From the NCBI GenBank assembly GCA_951406725.2, contig OX597821.1:102196001-102444000 (forward strand): a stretch of DNA of 248,000 nucleotides. The letters are read 5' to 3'. Origin of the DNA: Octopus vulgaris. Taxonomy: Eukaryota. Position numbers and translations under genes: made by a program. This document shows positions 240,786 through 248,000 of this stretch, piece after piece (positions within the stretch are counted from its first letter, which is position 1; every line of letters starts with the position of its first letter). Under the pieces are notes generated by a model, which saw nothing but the letters and a program-made list of their open reading frames with translations, made no database searches and was not told the origin of the DNA.

Positions 240786-241870
240786 CCCTTTCGTTACCAA
240801 ACCGCCCAAAGCCGCCCGAAAAAAATTTTGGTTTATGAAACCAAACCGCCCAAAGCCGCCCGAATTTACCTATTCATATTTAAATGAGAATATCAGAGCA
240901 AATCTCTTCAGTACATTCGTGAAAACACGTATTATACTTCGTAAACAGTTCAACTACAGTTTTGTACAATAATCGAAGTGTAATTTTAATTCCGTGAATT
241001 TTGGGAGATTTTTTTCCGAAATTTGTTCCTATTGTGTTTTCAAAATTTGTAATTCTGACAAAAAATGGATACGAATTTCATTATATCAAGCAGCGAGTCA
241101 GAATTCGAAGGATTTTCTACTGAAGACCTTCATAAATCTAACTCTATGACTGAAAAAAAAAGCACATGGTATTTGATAATGAATTTGATGTTTCATTTTC
241201 CGAAAGTGAAAACTGTGAATCTGAGATCTCCGATAGCGATAAAGAAAACGAATTGGCACCTGAATGGAGTGAAAATTTAAAAACTGTTTCTTTCGGTGAT
241301 TTCTCTGAAGAAACTGGACCAAGCCACAGACTTTCCCAGAAGAGTAAAGCCTTAGACTATTTCTTTTTACTTTTTCGAATGAGCCTATTTGAAATCATTA
241401 CGGCAGAAACGAACCGTTACGCTAAACGTAAACAAAGCAAAAGAAACGATAGTTTGTGGTTTCCCTCAACCTTAAATGAAATTAAGACTATTTTGCCATA
241501 AATATTATTATGGGTATCAGAAAGTTACCCAGAATAACAAATTCTATCGTAAAATTTTGTTATATACCCAATTGAATATTAGCTAATAACCCATTTTCTA
241601 TAGCGATGTTTGAACAAAATTTTAATAATTTTATATTTTGTGGAATTTACCTGTATCTACCTGCAATTAGAGTCACTTTGTAACAAAAATTATAGTATAG
241701 AATTGGTTGAGAATATTTCATTAAATTATCTTCCAAAAATCAGATTAATATATCGATAAATAAAAAAGTTATAGTTGTTTAATGAAACCAGACTAAATTT
241801 ATGATTACGTTAGAAATTAATTGAAACACATAAGGGGTGTAATTTGGTCAGAAATATAGTAACGAAAGGG
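240786..241870 (+). mobile_element. piggyBac deletion derivative, copy 2
   Basis: Same TIRs and TTAA flanks; near-identical to copy 1. Confidence 0.92.
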
Positions 241871-243432
241871 TTAATGTGACACTAGATTTTTTTTTACACT
241901 ATTGTTTTTTATATCATATTTCCTTTACCATCATGGGTTTCACAGCATGGTTGCATGTACAAATTCAGGCTGTATGGGTAATCTGGCATAATTAGAGAGA
242001 AGGTTTAGAGGTTTTGAAAGCATGTTCAACCTTCTTATGGTATTTAACTTTAAAAAAAATTTTTTTACTTTTTTTATAAATCAAAGTTTATAAAAATTTG
242101 CAGGTGTGCCAATCACATGGTTCTTGGTTCAGTCCCACTGCAAGGTACCTTTGACAAGTGTCTTCCATAGCCTCATGTTAACCAAAGTCTTGTGTGTAGA
242201 TTTGGTAAATGGAAACTAAAAAGAAGCCCATTGTGTATGTGTGTTTGTCCCCCACCGCCGTTGGACAACTGGTGTTGATGAGTTTACATCTCTGTAACTT
242301 AGCAGTTCAGCAAAAGAAACCAATAGAATAAGTACTGGGCTTTAAAAAAAAAAGTGCTGGGATCAATTCATTCAACTAAAAATTCTTCAAGGTGGTGATC
242401 CAGCATGGCCACAGTCAAGTGACTGAAACAAGTAAAAGATAAATTTGGTGAGGTTTATATACAAGGGAGAGGTGATGGTACTGATGTGTTGAGCAAAACC
242501 TTTTTCCAAATTCAAAGACATTTTGAAGATTTTTTTTTTCTGAGAGAAGCTGCCATTAGCTTCACTTTTATTTGTTGCTTTCAAAATGTTCAATCAAAAT
242601 GGCCAATCACTACACAGTTTCTAACTGAAAGTTTTGGGACCTCTGAAAGAATTTAAACCTCCAGACCCGATCCCCCATGTCTAACTTTTCCCTCCACCTG
242701 GGCTCCTGAGCGAAAAAGTAAAAAAAATTGCATGGCTGTGTGGTAAGTAGCTTGCTTACCAACCACATGGTTCCGGATTCAGTCTCACTGTGTGGCACCT
242801 TGGGCAAGTGTCTTCTACTATAGCCTTGGGTTGACCAAAGCCTTGTGAATGGATTTGGTAGACGGAAACAGAAAGAAGCCTGTTGTATATATGTATGTGT
242901 GTGTGTTTGTGTGTCTGTCCTCACACCATCACTTGACAACCAATGCTGGTGTGTTTACATCTCCATAACTTAGTGGTTCAGCAAAAGAGGCTGATAGAAT
243001 AAGTACTAGGCCTACAAAGAATATGTCTTGGCATCGATTTGTTTGACTAAAGGCGGTACTCCAGCATGGCCGCAGTCAAATGACTGAAACAAATAAAAGA
243101 GTAAAAGAGCGACGATTGCAGGCCAAATAATGGACAGAATCGGCTGCTTCTGCCTTTTCTGCGTGTGTTGTTTATTGCCATTGTACAAAGAATTTGGTTG
243201 AGGTGACGTTTAACACATTCCTGCTACAGTGGAAATATGGTATGGCAGGGATAAAACCATAAGAAGTTAGGTGCAGGCATGGTTGTGTGTTAAAAGGCTT
243301 ACTTAGCAGCCATGTGGTTTTTGGTTCAGCCCCACTTCACGGCTCACTTGGTCAAGAGTCTTCAACTATAGTTCTGGGCCAACCTATACTTTGTGAGGGA
243401 ATTCAGTAGATAGAAACTGAGTGGAAGCCTGC

Positions 243433-243482
<50 letters not shown>

Positions 243483-246289
243483 TTTGTGCCTGTTTGTCCA
243501 TGCTCATATTTCACAACCAGTATTAGTTTGTTTACCTCTGTGTGACCCAGTGGTTCAGCAAAAGAGACTGATAGAATAAGTACTAGGATTGATCTGTTTG
243601 ACTAAAACTCTTCAAAGTGGTGCTCCAGCATGGCCACAGTCCAATGGCTGAAACAAGTGAAAGATAAAAGATAAGGAAGAGAGAAGGGAAATTATGGAAA
243701 TGAAGAAGAAAGCTTTAAGGGGAGGCAGTTCTGTTGAAGAAGAATTTGGCAGAGTGATTAATTAGTATGTCAGCAGTGTGGAATTAGAAAGAGAGAGAGA
243801 GAGAGAGAGGGATGTAAGTAATGTAGAATTGGCAAGTTTAAGCTTTGAGAGAGATAGGTTGAAGTGGGGGGAATACAATGTAGTTCTAATGATTTATATT
243901 CTGCAATCCAGTCAGATCAATGTAATGATAATGAAAGCTTAATTTTTAAAGGGGTAATGTTTTTTGATGGTTAAAAAAAGAGACACATGGACATATTAGG
244001 CACAGCCCTGTTTCACAGTGAATATTCAGAGAAAAATGTTTTTAATGAATTAAAGCTTACGAGAGGCCCAATTTCACATGTAGGATCCTGAAGTATCTTT
244101 TGAGTAATTTAAAAAAAAAAAAAAAATGTGTCTTTTGTATACCATCAAATATGGTATTCATTAAGGTGGTTCGTGGTATGTACTCCTATTTGAGCATGGT
244201 AAAATAGCTCAGTTACTTACATACAATACTGCAATGAATTTTGTTAAGCTCCAAATTGTCCAAGATTGAACAGATGTCTAATTAAAGGTATTCCTGCTAT
244301 GACTATCGTATATTTTCTCTAAGCATAGGTGTGTGCTGGATTATGTTATATAACATGGTCCTTCCTTTTTCAAGATTGTAGAGTGCATGTTGAGGGTGAT
244401 TTGGTTGCTATTTCTAGCAAATAAAGTGACCATGTTGATGCTCCTTTATTCATTTGTAGATCTAAAAGCAGGATATATATACAGGTCATTGCTGACTTAT
244501 GACCACAATTGGTTCCGACTGACTAGTCATAGGTCAGCCTATAGGCCTATACATAGCTTTGTTTATATTTTTACATTTGTAAGGTATATTCTCAGGTAAA
244601 AGTCACACACAGCATTCTGTATTATAGTATTATACTGGCGTTAGTAAAAAATTTTGGAGTCTTGAGCAGTCATCTTATAAACAAATGAGGTTGCCTCAAT
244701 GTCTCCCTGACAGGGTATTCATCCAACAGTTGGGATAACCACAGTGGTGATCAATAACCAAACCTAGGGGAAGTGTTTGTTAGCTGGTATCATCTGCAGA
244801 CGGGTTAATTCCTAAGAAATTAAACCCATTAGAGTTTGACTGGACTATTATTATTGCTACCAGGAGCTGGCATGCCAATCGTCAAGTCGGATAGGTTGTA
244901 AGTCGACGACGACCTGTAGTAGGAAATTGATTCATTGGCTCCTAGCTCAGCACATTGGCAACTGAACTGACTAAATGTTGTTTACTATAAATAATAGAAG
245001 CACATAAAAATACTAACTTTTTATAAACAATATTTCCAGGTATGACAGAGTGTTATGAGGTAAATAATTTAGAATTATAGCAATGGATAGTTGATAGAGG
245101 GCATTTATATAACAAATAAAATGCCAGACATAACCGAAGATTTAGTAGAAAATATACCAAAATTCTGTCTTTAACCTCTGTAGATTAAGGGGTACTTTCA
245201 CCCATCAAGTTGTAGTCCTACTTGACTTCTTAAACTCCTGCTGCACACTGACCAGCCACATATTTTAATATCCAGTCATTCATTTGTCATTTAACATCCA
245301 CTTTTCCATGCTTGCATGGGTCAGATGGAATTTGTTGAGGTAGATTTTCTATGGCTGGATGCCCTTCCTGTCACCAACCCTCACTTGTTTCTGAGCAAGG
245401 TAATATTTTCCTTTTAGATAGATGCTTTTTTCATGGAAGACTGGAAACAAACATCCTTGGATGTACAGTGATGATGATGATGCTCATTTACAGCCATCAT
245501 GTGATGTGTAGATAAGGGCAAATGTGCACACACACACATGCATATCTCATCCAGGGCTGTGGAGTTTGAGTCATGGAGTCAAAGTTGGAAACTATTAAGG
245601 GGTAACTGGAGTCAGAGTTGGTAAAACTATGTCGACTCTGACTCCAGACCACAATCACTTAATTATGTAAAGAGGAGTCAGTTGAAGTCGGAGTTGGAGG
245701 TGCCAACAGTAGAGAAGTCGGAGTCAAAGTTTTTTTGTTTTGACTCCACAGCCCTGATATCATTGTCATCATCAGCTTTTAATGTCCGTTGTCCATGTGG
245801 GCACAGGTTAGATGGTTTGACCAGGGCTGGCAAACTGAGGGGCTGCACCAGACTCCAGTTTGATTTGGCATAGTTTCTTATTTCTTTATTGCCCACAAGG
245901 GGCTAAGCATAGAGGGGACAAACAAGGATAGACAAACGGATTAAGTCGTTTACATCGACCTCAGTGTGTAATTGGTACTTAATTTATCAACTCCGAAAGG
246001 ATGAAAGGCAAAGTCGACCTCGGAATTCGAACTCAGAACATAGCGGCAGACGAAATACCACTAAGCATTTCGCCCGGCGTGCTAACGTTTCTGCCAGCTC
246101 GCCGCCTTTTCCAATTTGGCATAGTTTCTATGGCAGTGTGCTTTATGTATACATTCATTCATTAAAATGAGTTTCTTACAATTTCTGTCTACCAAATCCA
246201 TTCACAAGGTTTTGCGCAAGGGGCCACGTTGAGGGACTGAACCGAAGACCACATGGTTGAGGAAGCTAGCTTTTTAACTACAAAGCCAC

Positions 246290-246335
<46 letters not shown>

Positions 246336-246787
246336 ATCTGTATTGGAAGAGAGCTTTATTCATATTAACAGTTGGTTATTTATCTATACTATTTTCACAA
246401 AGAGAAAATAAATATGAAGGAGGAAGATAAAATATTAAAATTGATTTAGGAAATAAAAAAATAATAGAAAAATATGAAGAAGACAGTTATTTATTAATGT
246501 TACACTTTTATCTAGTTCTGGTTTCTTCTACTTGTATTGATTTATTTTGGTGTAGGCTAAAAGGTTTTCAGTAGTCAATCAATGTTAATGTATAGTTTTG
246601 TTGTTTGCTCCATGTCAAATGGTTGGTAAAGTCAGAGTAGTGATTCTTTGAACATTATGACATAATATTTCATTTATGCATTTGTTTTGTAAGATTCTTG
246701 ATGTGAAATCATGTGTTGAAACCGATGTTGTGTCTTTGGAGGGTCATTTTTGCCAATAAGAAAACACATGCACTGGTTCTAGTTCAC

Positions 246788-246841
<54 letters not shown>

Positions 246842-248000
246842 GAACTAATAATAATAATTGGTATAAAAAGTGGGCTACAGCAAATATTCTGCTCAATACC
246901 ACGGATTTGCTTGTCAGTTGCTTGACCTTCACCAATTGAGTGCATCCCTTAGTGGCTGATGATATGTGCACCTCTGATCATGAGCAGGAGTAGTCGGGGG
247001 AATATCATAGCCATGTGTCGAGAGGAATTCTTTGGGGCTTGAATAATTCACATCTGGAAACAAGGGTGTTTCATTCCTCATTCTTAAACTTTATTCAGGG
247101 ACCTATTGAGCTGGATGGGTTGCACAGTCCGAAGAAAATTCTGGACCCCACTTGCAAGATCATGCACTCTTTATCTTCATATGAGATCACTATGTCATGT
247201 AGATATGGTTGTGATGAATGTGCCTGGTGTACCCTTATCAGACAGGTAGTCATGGTGGGTATATTGGGTTTCATACCCCAGTGTCACTTTGATGGCATGA
247301 ATTGCTCTCTCACTCAATAATAATAATAATAAAATTTCTTTTATTGGTTGCAAGGGCCCAATACATGGAGGACATAAAACAGGTGACTGCAACATTAAAG
247401 GATATGACAAAAGATATATAAATAGAAGTTAGAGAAATAAATAAGAAATATATAAAAATAATCCCCAGTAGCAGAGCAATCCACTTTGAGTAATTTGGAG
247501 TAAACCCCATGTAAAAGTCTTGGATTACTCTGCCATTCCCAAGGCATGGGAAGTGCCCTCTTCCAGGTTCTTTCTTCCTTCTTAGAAAATTATATCTTGA
247601 ATAGATCCATTCAGTCTCATCAATGTTGCCACTGTTGACCACCTTTTGATAAACATTCTAGAATGCAGCACCTCCCTCTCTACCCTCCGTTTCCTCTTCA
247701 AATGATATTTGAAGAAATTGATGTGTTTGGCCAGGTAAGAAAGTGCCTGTCTTCAATAATAACAAGAGCACTCAGAGGGCACAAACCTTCGCCAAGGCAA
247801 CATCAATGTCCTCTCAATGAAAGGATTTTTAAAATGAGAATATCTGAAACAAACTCGACTGCTCTCACAAACGAGAATACTAAAAGTGAACCTGACCGCT
247901 CTCAAAAATTAAGTAAAAAAAACAAGAAAAATTATCCAAAACCCTTGTCCAGTACCGGATCTATCCCAAAATCTAATCAGTTCATGCCAGTCATGAGGTC

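Overview
248 kb of AT-rich, repeat-saturated animal genomic DNA. It is most likely from an octopod cephalopod (inferred from the tRNA-derived SINE families, RTE/Penelope remnants and microsatellite density). Host genes supported from the sequence: (1) a two-exon orphan tail-anchored membrane protein (+, 18001-20770); (2) a GEMIN4 orthologue with at least 14 coding exons (-, 29258-51823, start exon unresolved); (3) tRNA-Ala(TGC) (-, 62816-62887); (4) an NSUN7 orthologue with 10 coding exons (+, 92664-124143) whose catalytic motifs are degenerate (TCS->TRS, DxPCS->TAKCS); (5) a TGIF-class TALE homeobox gene (-, 141446-146409) with WYINARRR instead of WFINARRR. A probable divergent promoter at about 224.9-225.7 kb starts two further genes that I could not identify. 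The rest is SINEs (at least 4 families), LINE/RTE/BovB-like, Penelope-like, Gypsy, mariner, piggyBac and Helentron-like remnants, MITEs and very long microsatellites. The best leads are the probable NSUN7 pseudo-enzyme, the cluster of long inverted repeats in NSUN7 introns, twin piggyBac deletion derivatives, a duplicated TGACAG+TGATTAAT element upstream of TGIF, a nested-TIR foldback element and a possible divergent histone-fold ORF. All homology calls come from remembered family sequences; no database search was run.
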